A stretch of 64,000 nt of DNA from Ignavibacteriota bacterium (GCA_963702445.1 CAVPCZ010000010.1:105213-169212); one strand, 5' to 3'; counted from the stretch's first letter, positions 46,544 to 56,758 are shown. Numbers and translations are program-made. The notes: a model not told the origin generated them from the letters alone.

Positions 46544-47986
46544 CTACCGCGGCATCGCCTTCCGGATAATCCCGATACCCATGTCGATCTCCTGCTTCGT
46601 CACGTTCAACGGCGGACGGAAACGGATCGCGCGTTCACCGCTCGGGAGAATAATCAGCCCGAGATCCAGGCATTTCGTCCGGATGGCGTTGCGCAGCTCC
46701 GGCGTCGCGACATCAAACGCCGCGAAGAGACCCAGTCCGCGCGGGTTGGAGACCACCGACGGGAACTCCTCCGCCAGCGATTGCAGCTCTTTCACCAGAT
46801 GGTCGCCGACCGTGCGCGCATTCTCCACGAGGTTCTCTTCTTCAATGATTTCCAGATATTTCCGGGCACGGACCATATCCACCAGGTTTCCGCCCCAGGT
46901 GGAATTGAGACGGCTGGACACGGCAAAGACGTTCTCCTTTACCTCTTCAATACGGCGCCCGCAGAGGAAACCGCATACCTGCATCTTCTTCCCGAATGCA
47001 ATCATGTCCGGTTCCACGAAATGCTGGTGCGCCCACATCTTCCCCGTCATGCCGATGCCGGTCTGGACTTCGTCGATGATCAACATCGCTTCGTTCTCAT
47101 CCGCCAGCTGGCGCAGGGCGCGGAAGAACTCCGGCCGGAAATGGTTGTCGCCCCCTTCGCCCTGGACCGCTTCGATGATGATCGCTGCAACGTCATCCCT
47201 GTTGTTGTGAAACGCTTCCTTGATCTGGTTGATGCTGACCTCTTCGTCCCGCCCGGCGCGGGCAATGTTCTCCGGTGTGAGCGGAAAATGGACTACGGGA
47301 TTCAGCACGCGCGGCCAGGAGAACTTCGGAAAGAGATCGGTTTTTACCGGATCGGTGTTGGTCAGCGAAAGCGTGTATCCCGAGCGGCCGTGAAACGCCT
47401 GGCGGAAGTGGATCACCTGCCTGCCGCGTTCTTCACGGTAGCCGCGCGCGAAGTTCTTCCGGATCTTCCAGTCAAATGCCGCCTTGAGCGTGTTCTCGAT
47501 CCCCAGCGCACCGCCTTCGATGAAGAACGCGTGCGGCAGGTAGGACGGGATGGCCACCCGGGAGAAGGTCTCGAGGAACTCCGCCTGTTCGGCGGTGTAG
47601 ATATCGGAATTGGAGGGTTTGTTGACAGCGACGTACGCCAGCTTCTTCAGGAAGGCGCTCGACGTCATCTTCGGGTGATTCATGCCGACGGGAGAGGAAG
47701 CCACAAACGTGAAGAAATCGAGGTACCGCTTTCCGTCTTTCGCATCGACGATGTACGAGCCTTTGCTCTTCCGGAGATCAACGACAATGTCGAACCCGTC
47801 CACGAGCATGTGCTTGCGCAGGGCGGGGAGAACCAGCTGCGGCGTGAGGGGGGTCCCGGTCGTGCCGGCGGGGCGACGGGATTTGCGCGCCTGTGCTGCG
47901 ACAGGATGCGCCTTCGTGCGCGCGGCTCTTTTCTTTGCGGACGGACGTGGTGTATTGCGCGCGGTTGTTCTGGTGCGTGTTGCCAT
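46544..47986 (-). CDS. lat: L-lysine 6-transaminase-like class III aminotransferase with basic N-terminal extension
   Basis: HMLVDGFDIVVDLRKSKGSYIVDAKDGKRYLDFFTFVASSPVGMNHPK matches my memory of LAT. ATG 47986 has GAGGAG 8 nt upstream, and there is no alternative start before the conserved region. Confidence 0.75.
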   Translation of the reverse strand: MATRTRTTARNTPRPSAKKRAARTKAHPVAAQARKSRRPAGTTGTPLTPQLVLPALRKHMLVDGFDIVVDLRKSKGSYIVDAKDGKRYLDFFTFVASSPVGMNHPKMTSSAFLKKLAYVAVNKPSNSDIYTAEQAEFLETFSRVAIPSYLPHAFFIEGGALGIENTLKAAFDWKIRKNFARGYREERGRQVIHFRQAFHGRSGYTLSLTNTDPVKTDLFPKFSWPRVLNPVVHFPLTPENIARAGRDEEVSINQIKEAFHNNRDDVAAIIIEAVQGEGGDNHFRPEFFRALRQLADENEAMLIIDEVQTGIGMTGKMWAHQHFVEPDMIAFGKKMQVCGFLCGRRIEEVKENVFAVSSRLNSTWGGNLVDMVRARKYLEIIEEENLVENARTVGDHLVKELQSLAEEFPSVVSNPRGLGLFAAFDVATPELRNAIRTKCLDLGLIILPSGERAIRFRPPLNVTKQEIDMGIGIIRKAMPR

Positions 47987-48117
47987 GATGGAAACTCCTC
48001 AAGAATGCTTGCTATTCCCGTGAACACGAGTGGATGAATACGGGGAGGAGTCTCCGCTAGAAGAATTCCTGATGCTCGAAGAGTGAGACGATATAGAGAC
48101 GGAGGGAAATCACGGGC

Positions 48118-49611
48118 CTACTTCTCGTAATTGTCTATCTGTGCGCGCTGCAGGCCGCCGCTGTAGTCCACGTACACCGTCTTCCACTCCGAGAAGAAGT
48201 CATAGACCGTCCAGCCGCCTTCACGGTGACCGTTGCCCGTCTGCTTCACGCCCCCAAAAGGCATGTGCGCTTCGGCGCCGATCGTCGGGGCATTGATATA
48301 GGTGATGCCGGCCTCAATGTCCCTGATGGCGGTGTACGCATCATTGATATTGTTCGTGTACACCGATGAAGAAAGCCCGTAGATCGTATCGTTCATGACA
48401 CGGATGCCCTCTTCCAGCGACCGGACCTTCAGTACCGAGAGGACGGGGCCGAAGATCTCTTCCCTGGCGATGCGGTGATCCGGCTGCACATTCGTGAACA
48501 CGGTCGGTTTGTAGAACCATCCCTTCGCCAGCTCCCTGTCCGCCGGAATTTCACCGCCGGCAACGAGCTTTGCACCCTGCCCGAGGCCGATCTCCACATA
48601 GCTCTTCACCGTGTCCTGCTGACCCTTGTTGACGCACGGACCCACCTCCACGCCGTCCTTCAGCCCGTCTCCCAGCTTCAGGGCATGCACGCGTTTCACA
48701 AGCATCTCCACGAACAGATCATGGATCTTCTCGTGGAGAATCAGCCGGCTCGTCGCGGTGCAGCGCTGGCCGGTTGTGCCGAAGGCACCCCATAATACGC
48801 CGTCCAGCGCAAGGTCCATGTTTGCGTCCGGCATCACGAACTGCGCATTCTTGCCGCCGAGTTCAAGGGAAACACGCTTGAGCGTCGGAGCCGCGGTTTC
48901 CGTGATCTTGATGCCCACCCCGGTGGATCCGGTAAAACTCACCAGATCGACGTCCGGATGCCCCACAATGCCCATCCCGACTTCCCCTCCGCCGCCATGA
49001 ACGATGTTCACCACTCCCTCCGGCACGCCGGCATCCATCAAAATCTCCACGAGTGACGTGGCGGTCGCGGGCGTATCGGAGGCCGGCTTGAACACCACGG
49101 TGTTGCCGCACAGGAGCGCCGGAAAGATCTTCCATGTCGGTATCGCCATGGGAAAATTCCATGGGGTCACAATCCCCGCCACCCCGATCGGCACGCGCAT
49201 GGCCATATTGAACTTGTTGGCAAGCTCGGACGGCACGGTGTGCCCGAACAGCCGGCGCCCCTCGCTGGAGGCATAGTACGCGGTATCGATCCCTTCCTGG
49301 ACGTCGCCCCGGGTCTCGGCGAGCACTTTGCCCATTTCGCGCGTCATCTGACGCGCGAGTTCTTCCTTGCGCGCCACCATGAGGTCGCCGACTTTGCGGA
49401 GGATGTCGCCGCGCTTCGGTGCGGGCACCAGCCGCCACTTCGCGAACGCGGCACGCGCGGCCTTCACCGCCTCTTCGACATCTTCCCTGCCGGACTTGGG
49501 GAAAAGACCGACCAGCTCGTCCCAGTTCGCGGGATTCCGGTTTTCAAAGGTCCTGCCGGATTTCGCGTCAACCCATTTGCCGTTGATGAAGTTCTGAAAG
49601 TTCTTTGCCAT
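48118..49611 (-). CDS. NAD(P)-dependent aldehyde dehydrogenase
   Basis: 497 aa. FTGSTGVG, ELGGKNA and the catalytic Cys context GQRCTATS. Confidence 0.85.
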   Translation of the reverse strand: MAKNFQNFINGKWVDAKSGRTFENRNPANWDELVGLFPKSGREDVEEAVKAARAAFAKWRLVPAPKRGDILRKVGDLMVARKEELARQMTREMGKVLAETRGDVQEGIDTAYYASSEGRRLFGHTVPSELANKFNMAMRVPIGVAGIVTPWNFPMAIPTWKIFPALLCGNTVVFKPASDTPATATSLVEILMDAGVPEGVVNIVHGGGGEVGMGIVGHPDVDLVSFTGSTGVGIKITETAAPTLKRVSLELGGKNAQFVMPDANMDLALDGVLWGAFGTTGQRCTATSRLILHEKIHDLFVEMLVKRVHALKLGDGLKDGVEVGPCVNKGQQDTVKSYVEIGLGQGAKLVAGGEIPADRELAKGWFYKPTVFTNVQPDHRIAREEIFGPVLSVLKVRSLEEGIRVMNDTIYGLSSSVYTNNINDAYTAIRDIEAGITYINAPTIGAEAHMPFGGVKQTGNGHREGGWTVYDFFSEWKTVYVDYSGGLQRAQIDNYEK

Positions 49612-49669
49612 GATACCTGTCCTTTGCTCGTGTGAGTACCGCCGTCACCCGGGATGCAGTGGAGGCCGG

Positions 49670-50965
49670 TCACCCCAACCCCACTCTCCTGAATATGTAG
49701 TCCACGTGCCGCGTGCTCCTGCTCAGGTCAAACAGGGCTTCCACTTCACCCCGGCCGAGTGTCGACACCACGTCGGGCGTGGCGAGCAACAGCTCTTTGA
49801 ATTCCCTCCCCGACTCCCACACCTGCATCGCTGCGCCCTGGACAATACGGTAGGCGTCCTCACGCTGCATCCCCTTCTGCGTGAGCGCAAGGAGAACCGA
49901 TTGCGAAAAGATCAGGCCGTGCGTCCTGTTCAGGTTCTGGAGCATGTTCCCGGGATACACCAGCAGCCGGTCGATCACGTCCGTCATCAGGGCGAGCGTA
50001 TAGTCAAGCAGGATGCAGCTGTCGGGAATGACGACACGCTCCACGGAACTGTGCGTGATGTCCCGTTCGTGCCAGAGCGCGACGTTCTCCATTGCCGCCT
50101 GGGCATTGCCCCGCAGCACGCGGGAAAGGCCGGCAATGCGCTCGCAGGTAATGGGATTCCGCTTGTGCGGCATCGCGGATGACCCCTTCTGCCCTTTTGA
50201 AAAATACTCCTCCGCCTCGAGCACCTCGGTTTTCTGGAGATGACGGATCTCGGTGGCGAATTTCTCCAGCGAACAGGAAATCAGCGCCAGCGTCGTCATG
50301 AACTCGGCGTGCCTGTCCCGCTGCAACACCTGGGTGGAAACGGGCGCGGGCATAAGACCGAGCTTTGCGCACACATACTCTTCCACCTGCGGGCTCAGAT
50401 GCTCGAACGTTCCGACCGCACCGGAGATCTGCCCCACCGCGATGCGGCGCACCGCTGCCTGGAGGCGCTCGCTGTTCCGCCGTGTTTCATCATACCAGAG
50501 AGCGAGTTTCAGCCCGAACGTCGTGGGCTCGGCATGGATGCCGTGCGTACGTCCGACCATCACCGTATTCTTGAACTCCTTCGCCCTGCGCGCGAGAACC
50601 TCCCCGAGCCGCACCAGCCCGTCGAGCAGGAGCTCTCCCGATTGCTTCATCTGGAGGGCAAGCGCGGTGTCCAGGACATCCGACGAGGTCATCCCGAGAT
50701 GGATGTACCGGGCATCCGGCCCGACATGCTCGCCCACATCGGTCAGAAACGCGATCATGTCGTGCTTCACCTCGCGCTCGATCTCATCGATCCGCTGTAC
50801 GCTGAACGCCGCCTTCTCCCGTATGACATGCACCGCATCCCCGGGGATCACCCCGAGCTGCGCCTGCGCTTCACAGGCAAGGATTTCGATCTCCAGCCAG
50901 GTCCGGAACTTGTTTTCCTCGTCCCAGATTTTTCCCATGGCCGGACGTGTGTACCGGGCGATCAT
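49670..50965 (-). CDS. purB: adenylosuccinate lyase
   Basis: 431 aa with fumarate-lyase signature GSSAMPHKRNP. N-terminus MIARYTRPAMGKIWDEENKF. Confidence 0.9.
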   Translation of the reverse strand: MIARYTRPAMGKIWDEENKFRTWLEIEILACEAQAQLGVIPGDAVHVIREKAAFSVQRIDEIEREVKHDMIAFLTDVGEHVGPDARYIHLGMTSSDVLDTALALQMKQSGELLLDGLVRLGEVLARRAKEFKNTVMVGRTHGIHAEPTTFGLKLALWYDETRRNSERLQAAVRRIAVGQISGAVGTFEHLSPQVEEYVCAKLGLMPAPVSTQVLQRDRHAEFMTTLALISCSLEKFATEIRHLQKTEVLEAEEYFSKGQKGSSAMPHKRNPITCERIAGLSRVLRGNAQAAMENVALWHERDITHSSVERVVIPDSCILLDYTLALMTDVIDRLLVYPGNMLQNLNRTHGLIFSQSVLLALTQKGMQREDAYRIVQGAAMQVWESGREFKELLLATPDVVSTLGRGEVEALFDLSRSTRHVDYIFRRVGLG

Positions 50966-52170
50966 GAGGGGCGTTTCTCCAGTCGAAGTTGAAGTGTCGT
51001 GGTTTTCCCGTCGCGCAGAACCTTCATGGCGACGACGTCGCCTGTCCGCGCGTCGTCCACGATCGTGACCAGCGATGCTTCGTCGTTGATCTTCTCCCCG
51101 TTGGCTTCCAGAATGATATCGCGCACCCGGAACCCCGCGCGCTCCGCCGGACTTCCCCGCTTGACGTCGCTGACGATAACCCCTTCGATGCGTTCGAGGC
51201 TGAAATACCGCGCGATGCGGCGGTCCACCGCCTGTATCTCCAGGCCGGTCCAGAAATCGCGCTCGATCTTTCCGTTCTTCTTCAACTGCGCGACAATCCC
51301 CTTGACTCGGTTGATGGGGATGGCAAAGCCGAGACCGATACTCCCCTGGTTGGGCGTGTAGATCACCGAATTCACGCCGATCACCTCGCCGGTGGCATTG
51401 ATCAGCGGCCCGCCGCTGTTGCCGGAGTTGATCGCGGCATCCGTCTGGATCATCCCCCGGTACACACGGCCGCCCTGGGCTTCCAGCTTCATGCCGGTGT
51501 TGCTGACCACGCCGACAGTCACCGTCGGCTTGTCATTGATATCAAACAACCCGAAAGGATTCCCGAGCGCAATCACCCATTCGCCGACGATCACATCGTC
51601 GGAATTGCCCAGCGGCAGGAAGGAGAGATTCTTGCCGTCGATTTTGAGGAGGGAAATGTCGGAAACGAGATCCGTACCCACCAGCTCCGCTTTGAACTGC
51701 TTGCCGCTGGTTATCGTCACCGTGATTTCTTTTGCATTGCCGGCCACATGATCGTTCGTGAGGATGTAGCCGTCGGAAGAAATCAGAAACCCGGACCCGA
51801 GCCCCTGCACCTGCTGGGTGTACGTCCGGTCGCCGAAGAACTGCCTGAAGAAGGGGTCGTCTCCCCAGGGACTGAGCTGCCGGTACTGCCGCAGTTCGAT
51901 CACGTTGATGCCGACAACCGCGGGGCTTGCCGCAGAGACCGCACGCGTGATCGCGTTGCGCCGGCCGCCCGTGAGCACATCGTTGATCGAATCGCGGAGC
52001 GCGGCGGGGACGACTTCCGCCCGGACTCCCGCCGCAGCGGATTCCGCCGGAGCCGACGCCCCCGGAGCCACGGAAATGCCTGCCGATTGTCCGAGGCCGT
52101 ATCCGATCAACCCGCCCCCGAAAAACGGTATGAGCAGGACCAGCGCCGTCAACAGCAGATTCCTTTTCAT
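50962..52170 (-). CDS. HtrA-family serine protease with one PDZ domain
   Basis: TNDHVAGN, DISLLKI, GNSGGPLIN and a C-terminal PDZ. ATGA overlap with purB. Confidence 0.85.
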   Translation of the reverse strand: MKRNLLLTALVLLIPFFGGGLIGYGLGQSAGISVAPGASAPAESAAAGVRAEVVPAALRDSINDVLTGGRRNAITRAVSAASPAVVGINVIELRQYRQLSPWGDDPFFRQFFGDRTYTQQVQGLGSGFLISSDGYILTNDHVAGNAKEITVTITSGKQFKAELVGTDLVSDISLLKIDGKNLSFLPLGNSDDVIVGEWVIALGNPFGLFDINDKPTVTVGVVSNTGMKLEAQGGRVYRGMIQTDAAINSGNSGGPLINATGEVIGVNSVIYTPNQGSIGLGFAIPINRVKGIVAQLKKNGKIERDFWTGLEIQAVDRRIARYFSLERIEGVIVSDVKRGSPAERAGFRVRDIILEANGEKINDEASLVTIVDDARTGDVVAMKVLRDGKTTTLQLRLEKRPS

Positions 52171-52180
52171 GGGGAAGCCC

Positions 52181-52795
52181 TCATTTCCTGAGACCCTCTA
52201 CATACTCCCGTACCGGTTTGAACAGACGAAGAAGAATCGTGACCATCAGAAGAACCGCGTATACCCGCGCCGACCCCGGAGACACGCCCGGAAGAAGTGC
52301 CGTGATCCAGCCCCCCGGGATGGTCAGAACAAACAGGATCGTCAGGATCGAGCTGACCGCACTTGCGACATTCTCTTCCCGCGTCAGCAGGTACCCCGCC
52401 CCCCAGAGCGTCATCCAGAACGGAACAAGCGGCCAGCAGACAAGCAATGAAGCCCCCGCAGCCGGGGCAAGGCCCCGCCCGCCATGAAACCCCAGCCAGA
52501 CCGGAAAGTTGTGCCCGACCACAGCGGCAACCGCTGCCGTGGCGGCGATGGAGAAACCCGCCCCGGGTAACAGGGAGGCAACCCATACGGCGAGCGCCCC
52601 TTTCGCCAGATCCAGACAGAGGACCATCAGGGCGACACCCTTTGAACCGGTCACCTCGAAACTGTTGAGTGTTCCGACGTTCCCGCTGCCGGCAGTGCGA
52701 ATGTCAATGCGCGACTTCCAGTGAACGGCAAGGTAGGCGCACGGAATGGAGCCGGCTGCATACCCCACGACGAAGCTCAAAAGATGCCATTCCAC
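52181..52795 (-). CDS. plsY: glycerol-3-phosphate acyltransferase PlsY
   Basis: 204 aa polytopic protein with GSGNVGTLN motif and GTG start. Confidence 0.85.
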   Translation of the reverse strand: MEWHLLSFVVGYAAGSIPCAYLAVHWKSRIDIRTAGSGNVGTLNSFEVTGSKGVALMVLCLDLAKGALAVWVASLLPGAGFSIAATAAVAAVVGHNFPVWLGFHGGRGLAPAAGASLLVCWPLVPFWMTLWGAGYLLTREENVASAVSSILTILFVLTIPGGWITALLPGVSPGSARVYAVLLMVTILLRLFKPVREYVEGLRK

Positions 52796-52830
52796 GCGAT
52801 CTCACCACTTTTTAGGGCAGCGTATCCTCA

Positions 52831-52859
52831 AAGGTACAAAAATCGTGCTGGAGAGTCAA
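52831..52859 (-). promoter_or_regulatory. sigma70-type promoter of plsY-htrA-purB
   Basis: Minus strand reads TTGACT (52859..52854), a 17-nt spacer, then TACCTT (52836..52831). Confidence 0.4.
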
Positions 52860-52871
52860 ACCGTTGATTTC

Positions 52872-52900
52872 TTGCATCTACGAGGGGAAACGAGTATATT
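52872..52900 (+). promoter_or_regulatory. sigma70-type promoter of larB, predicting a leaderless mRNA
   Basis: TTGCAT (52872..52877), a 17-nt spacer, then TATATT (52895..52900). ATG 52909 follows 8 nt later, and there is no SD. Confidence 0.45.
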
Positions 52901-52908
52901 TTTGCGTC

Positions 52909-53676
52909 ATGCCCGACCGTAAGCTCCAGCTCATCCTCACCCGCTACAGGCAGGGAAAACTCACCGACGACGACCTCCTCCGCCGGCTTTCAGCGCAGAT
53001 GTTTGAGTCTCTGGGATTTGCCACGGTGGATCATCACCGTGAAGTGCGTCAGGGGTTCCCGGAAGTGATCCTGTGCGAGGGGAAAACCACGACACAGGTG
53101 GCGGAAATCTCCCGTTCCATCGTTCACCACGGGTCGGTCCTGCTGGGAACGCGCGCAAGCACCGCACAGTTCGCCGCGGTGCGCAGGAGGGTGCGGGACG
53201 CCCGCTACAACCCTGTCGCACGCACCATCACGGCGAACACGCATCTGGTCCGGATGCGGGGCCGCGGCACCATTCTTGTCGTCACCGCCGGCACGTCGGA
53301 CATTCCGGTGGCCGAAGAGGCGGTGGAAACCGCCGCCGTCATGGGTAACAGCGTTGACCGGCTTTTCGACGTCGGCGTGGCGGGGATCCACCGGATTCTG
53401 ATGCAGAGCGACAAACTGCGGCAGGCATCCGTCATCATCGTGGTCGCCGGCATGGAAGGCGCTCTCGCAAGCGTGGTGGGCGGCCTGGTGGATACTCCGG
53501 TGATCGCCGTACCGACGTCCATCGGGTATGGCGCCAGTTTCCACGGCGTGTCGGCCCTGCTCGGGATGCTCAACTCGTGCGCGGCGGGCGTGACCGTCGT
53601 GAACATCGACAACGGGTTCGGCGCGGGTTACGCCGCGGCATTGATGAATCGAACCCCGAAGGCGAAGAACCATTGA
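52909..53676 (+). CDS. larB: LarB-type (PurE-like) nickel-pincer cofactor biosynthesis carboxylase/hydrolase
   Basis: Trimmed to ATG 52909. VDHHREVRQGFPEVILCEGKT...ILVVTAGTSDIPVAEEA...VAGMEGALASVVGGLV..PVIAVPTSIGYG. Confidence 0.8.
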   Translation: MPDRKLQLILTRYRQGKLTDDDLLRRLSAQMFESLGFATVDHHREVRQGFPEVILCEGKTTTQVAEISRSIVHHGSVLLGTRASTAQFAAVRRRVRDARYNPVARTITANTHLVRMRGRGTILVVTAGTSDIPVAEEAVETAAVMGNSVDRLFDVGVAGIHRILMQSDKLRQASVIIVVAGMEGALASVVGGLVDTPVIAVPTSIGYGASFHGVSALLGMLNSCAAGVTVVNIDNGFGAGYAAALMNRTPKAKNH

Positions 53677-53701
53677 ATTCGAAGCGGCCAATGTCTATAT
53701 T
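53673..53701 (+). promoter_or_regulatory. sigma70-type promoter of the nucleotidyltransferase/PMM gene
   Basis: TTGAAT (53673..53678, overlapping the larB stop), a 17-nt spacer, then TATATT (53696..53701). Confidence 0.45.
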
Positions 53702-53754
53702 AGAAGAGTATCCTGCGGCATCCTTCCACTCTCTCATTTCTCGATGATCCGCTT

Positions 53755-56265
53755 ATGAAAGCCGTCATAATGGCCGGTGGTTTCGGGACGAGGTTGCGTC
53801 CTCTCACCTGCAACACCCCGAAACCCATGGTGCCGCTGATGAACAAGCCGATGATGCACCACATCGTCATGCTCCTCAAACATCACGGCCTGACAGATAT
53901 CATCGCCACCCTCTACTATTCCCCCGAAGCGATCACGAGTTATTTCGGGGATGGTGCGCCGCTGGGCGTCACGATGCGCTACGTGCGCGCCGATGCGGAT
54001 TACGGCACAGCGGGAAGCGTGCGCAATGCCACCAAAGGCCTGCACGAACGGATCGTGATCATCAGCGGCGATGTCCTGACCGACTTCGACCTGACCGCCG
54101 CCATCCGGTATCATGAAGAGAAACAGGCAAAAGCGACCATCGTCCTCACCCACGCAAAGAATCCCCTTGCATTCGGCGTCGTCATTACCGCCGACAACGG
54201 CAAGATCACGCGGTTCCTCGAAAAACCTTCGTGGGGCGAAGTGTTCAGCGATACCATCAATACCGGCATCTATATCCTCGAACCGGACGTGCTGGAGATG
54301 ATCCCGTACCGCGAGGATTATGATTTCGGCAAGGATCTTTTCCCCCAGCTGCTGCGGCAGGATGCCGGGTTGTTCGGGTACACGGCCGACGGGTACTGGC
54401 GCGATATCGGAAACCTCAACGAATACCAGGACGCACACATCGACGTTCTCAACGGGGGCGTCAGGCTTGAACTTGCGGGCGTGCCCCGGGACGGCGCATG
54501 GATCGGCGAAGGAACACGAATCGATACGGCCTCGGTCCGCCTCAGCGGCAAGGTGGTGATTGGGTGCGACTGTACCATCGGGGAAGGGGCAAAACTGTCA
54601 AACTCGGTGATCGGTGACAACTGCGTCATCGGACCGGGGGCTTCCATCAGCAATTCGGTGATCTGGAGCGACGTGGTCGTGGGCCACAGCACAGACATTT
54701 CCTCCGACGTGATCGGGTCAAAATGCTCCATCGGTGAAAAGGCGGTCATCGCCGAGAATGTGTTCATCGGGGACGGCTGCTGGATCGGACGCGGGGCGCG
54801 CCTGAGCGCCAACATCAAACTCTGGCCTGAGAAGGTGGTGGAAGAAGGCGCCCAGCTCACGCGAAGCCTGGTCTGGGAGGACAAGTGGCTCAGGGAGCTC
54901 TTCACCGACTCGCGCGTCACCGGTCTCTCGAACATTGAAATGAACCCCGAATTCGGGGCAAAGCTCGGCGCCGCGTACGGCGCGTTTATCGGAGCCGGCA
55001 AAACGGTCGTCACCTGCCGCGACGCGGACAACGTCTCCCGTATGATGAACCGGGCCATTCTCTGCGGCCTCGTCTCGGCCGGGGTGAATACCTTCGACCT
55101 CCGGGCCACGTCCATCCCCCTCCTGCGGCACGAGCTCAGCAGCGGCAAGGAAGCCGGTGGTATCCATGTCCGCCGGAATCCGGGGGACAAGAATATGACG
55201 GACATCATCTTCTTCGATGCCAACGGCAAAGACCTGCCGACCAACCGGACAAAAAACGTCGAGCGGCTCTTCTTCGGCGAAGATTTCGCCCGCGCTCCGC
55301 GCGACAAGGTCGGATCCATCTCGTTCCCCGAACGGACCACCGAAGCGTACAAGGAGAAATTTCTTTCGTCCCTCGAACTCGAGGCCATTAACAAGAAGAA
55401 GTTCAAACTGGTCATCGACTACTCCAACGGCGTCGCCTCCACGATTTTCCCCATCATCCTCGGTTCGTTCGACTGCCAGGTGGTGGCGTTGAATGCCCAC
55501 CTCGACCCGCGGAGGCTGACCCGCGACAAGTACGAATTTGACTATTCGATGAAGCAGCTCTCCCACATCGTCACTTCCCTGAAGTACGACATCGGCTGCC
55601 TGATCGACGGAGGCGGAGAACGGATCTTCCTGATCAACGAACATGGCGAAGCCATGGACAGCGACCGCCTGCTGACCGTGGTCACCGCCATGTTCCTGCA
55701 GACACACGCCGGGGTGGATACGATCGCGGTCCCGATCACTTCCTCGGGCGAAATCGACATGCTCGCCGTACACCATAACGTCAGGGTGTTCAAAACGCGC
55801 AACAGCCACCTGGCCATGATGGAAGCGGCCTCAAACAAGAGCATCCGCTTCATCGGCGGAACAAAGGGCGGGTTCATTTTCACGGATTTCTTTTTCGCCA
55901 CCGACGCCATGTATTCCCTGGCCAAAATTCTGGAAATGATGGCGAAAGCCGACAAGCGCCTGGGAGTGTTCGACACCGAAATCCCCAGGCTGCACAGCGC
56001 ACGCCAGACGGTGAATTGCTCGTGGGAACACAAGGGCAAGGTGATGCGGAACATCATGGCCGACACCGAGGGACTGCGGCGGGATCTCGTGGACGGCGTG
56101 AAGGTGTATTTTGACAACGAGCAGCGGGGCATTTCCGTATTGCTCATTCCCGACAAAGAACGGCCGCTCTTTCACGTGAGCGCGGAAGCGCGCGACCAGC
56201 AGGCCGCCGACCGGCTGGCCCGGGAGTACGAAAAGAAAGTCATTACCTGGCGCGATGAAGCATAG
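53755..56265 (+). CDS. bifunctional sugar-1-phosphate nucleotidyltransferase (mannose-1-P guanylyltransferase-like) / phosphomannomutase-phosphoglucomutase
   Basis: 836 aa. N-terminal MAGGFGTRLRPLT, a left-handed beta-helix hexapeptide region (IGDNCVIGPGASISNSVI...), then a C-terminal alpha-D-phosphohexomutase-like ~450 aa. Confidence 0.8.
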   Translation: MKAVIMAGGFGTRLRPLTCNTPKPMVPLMNKPMMHHIVMLLKHHGLTDIIATLYYSPEAITSYFGDGAPLGVTMRYVRADADYGTAGSVRNATKGLHERIVIISGDVLTDFDLTAAIRYHEEKQAKATIVLTHAKNPLAFGVVITADNGKITRFLEKPSWGEVFSDTINTGIYILEPDVLEMIPYREDYDFGKDLFPQLLRQDAGLFGYTADGYWRDIGNLNEYQDAHIDVLNGGVRLELAGVPRDGAWIGEGTRIDTASVRLSGKVVIGCDCTIGEGAKLSNSVIGDNCVIGPGASISNSVIWSDVVVGHSTDISSDVIGSKCSIGEKAVIAENVFIGDGCWIGRGARLSANIKLWPEKVVEEGAQLTRSLVWEDKWLRELFTDSRVTGLSNIEMNPEFGAKLGAAYGAFIGAGKTVVTCRDADNVSRMMNRAILCGLVSAGVNTFDLRATSIPLLRHELSSGKEAGGIHVRRNPGDKNMTDIIFFDANGKDLPTNRTKNVERLFFGEDFARAPRDKVGSISFPERTTEAYKEKFLSSLELEAINKKKFKLVIDYSNGVASTIFPIILGSFDCQVVALNAHLDPRRLTRDKYEFDYSMKQLSHIVTSLKYDIGCLIDGGGERIFLINEHGEAMDSDRLLTVVTAMFLQTHAGVDTIAVPITSSGEIDMLAVHHNVRVFKTRNSHLAMMEAASNKSIRFIGGTKGGFIFTDFFFATDAMYSLAKILEMMAKADKRLGVFDTEIPRLHSARQTVNCSWEHKGKVMRNIMADTEGLRRDLVDGVKVYFDNEQRGISVLLIPDKERPLFHVSAEARDQQAADRLAREYEKKVITWRDEA

Positions 56266-56280
56266 GAGAACGCTCACGCG

Positions 56281-56751
56281 ATGAAAATCAGCGACATTCT
56301 TACGGAAGACCTTGTGGTCGCCGGCCTGAAAGGCAAATCCAAAGACGGGATTATCGACGCGATGATCGGTATTGTCTCCCATTCTCCGAAGGTCCTCGAC
56401 AAGGAGAAGGTCCGCGCGGCAATCTTTGAACGTGAACAGATCATGTCCACCGGCGTGGGAAACGGCTTCGCCATCCCCCACGGAAAAACGGACGCGGTGT
56501 CGGATATCGTGGCGGCATTCGCCGTGACGGAAGAAGAGATCGACTACGATTCACTGGACGAAAAACCCGTACGGCTCGTGTTCCTGCTGGTGGGCAAGGA
56601 CAACCTGGTCGGACCGCACATCAAACTGCTCAGCCGGATTTCCCGCCTGATGAACAAAGAGGAGTTCCGCAGACAACTGCTCACGCTGGAGACGCCAAAG
56701 GAGATCCTCGACCTCTTCAGGCAGGAAGAGGCTTCCTATTTCGAGCTCTAG
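56281..56751 (+). CDS. ptsN: PTS EIIA(Ntr)-type regulatory protein
   Basis: 156 aa with phosphorylatable His context GNGFAIPHGK. Confidence 0.8.
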   Translation: MKISDILTEDLVVAGLKGKSKDGIIDAMIGIVSHSPKVLDKEKVRAAIFEREQIMSTGVGNGFAIPHGKTDAVSDIVAAFAVTEEEIDYDSLDEKPVRLVFLLVGKDNLVGPHIKLLSRISRLMNKEEFRRQLLTLETPKEILDLFRQEEASYFEL

Positions 56752-56758
56752 ACCGATC

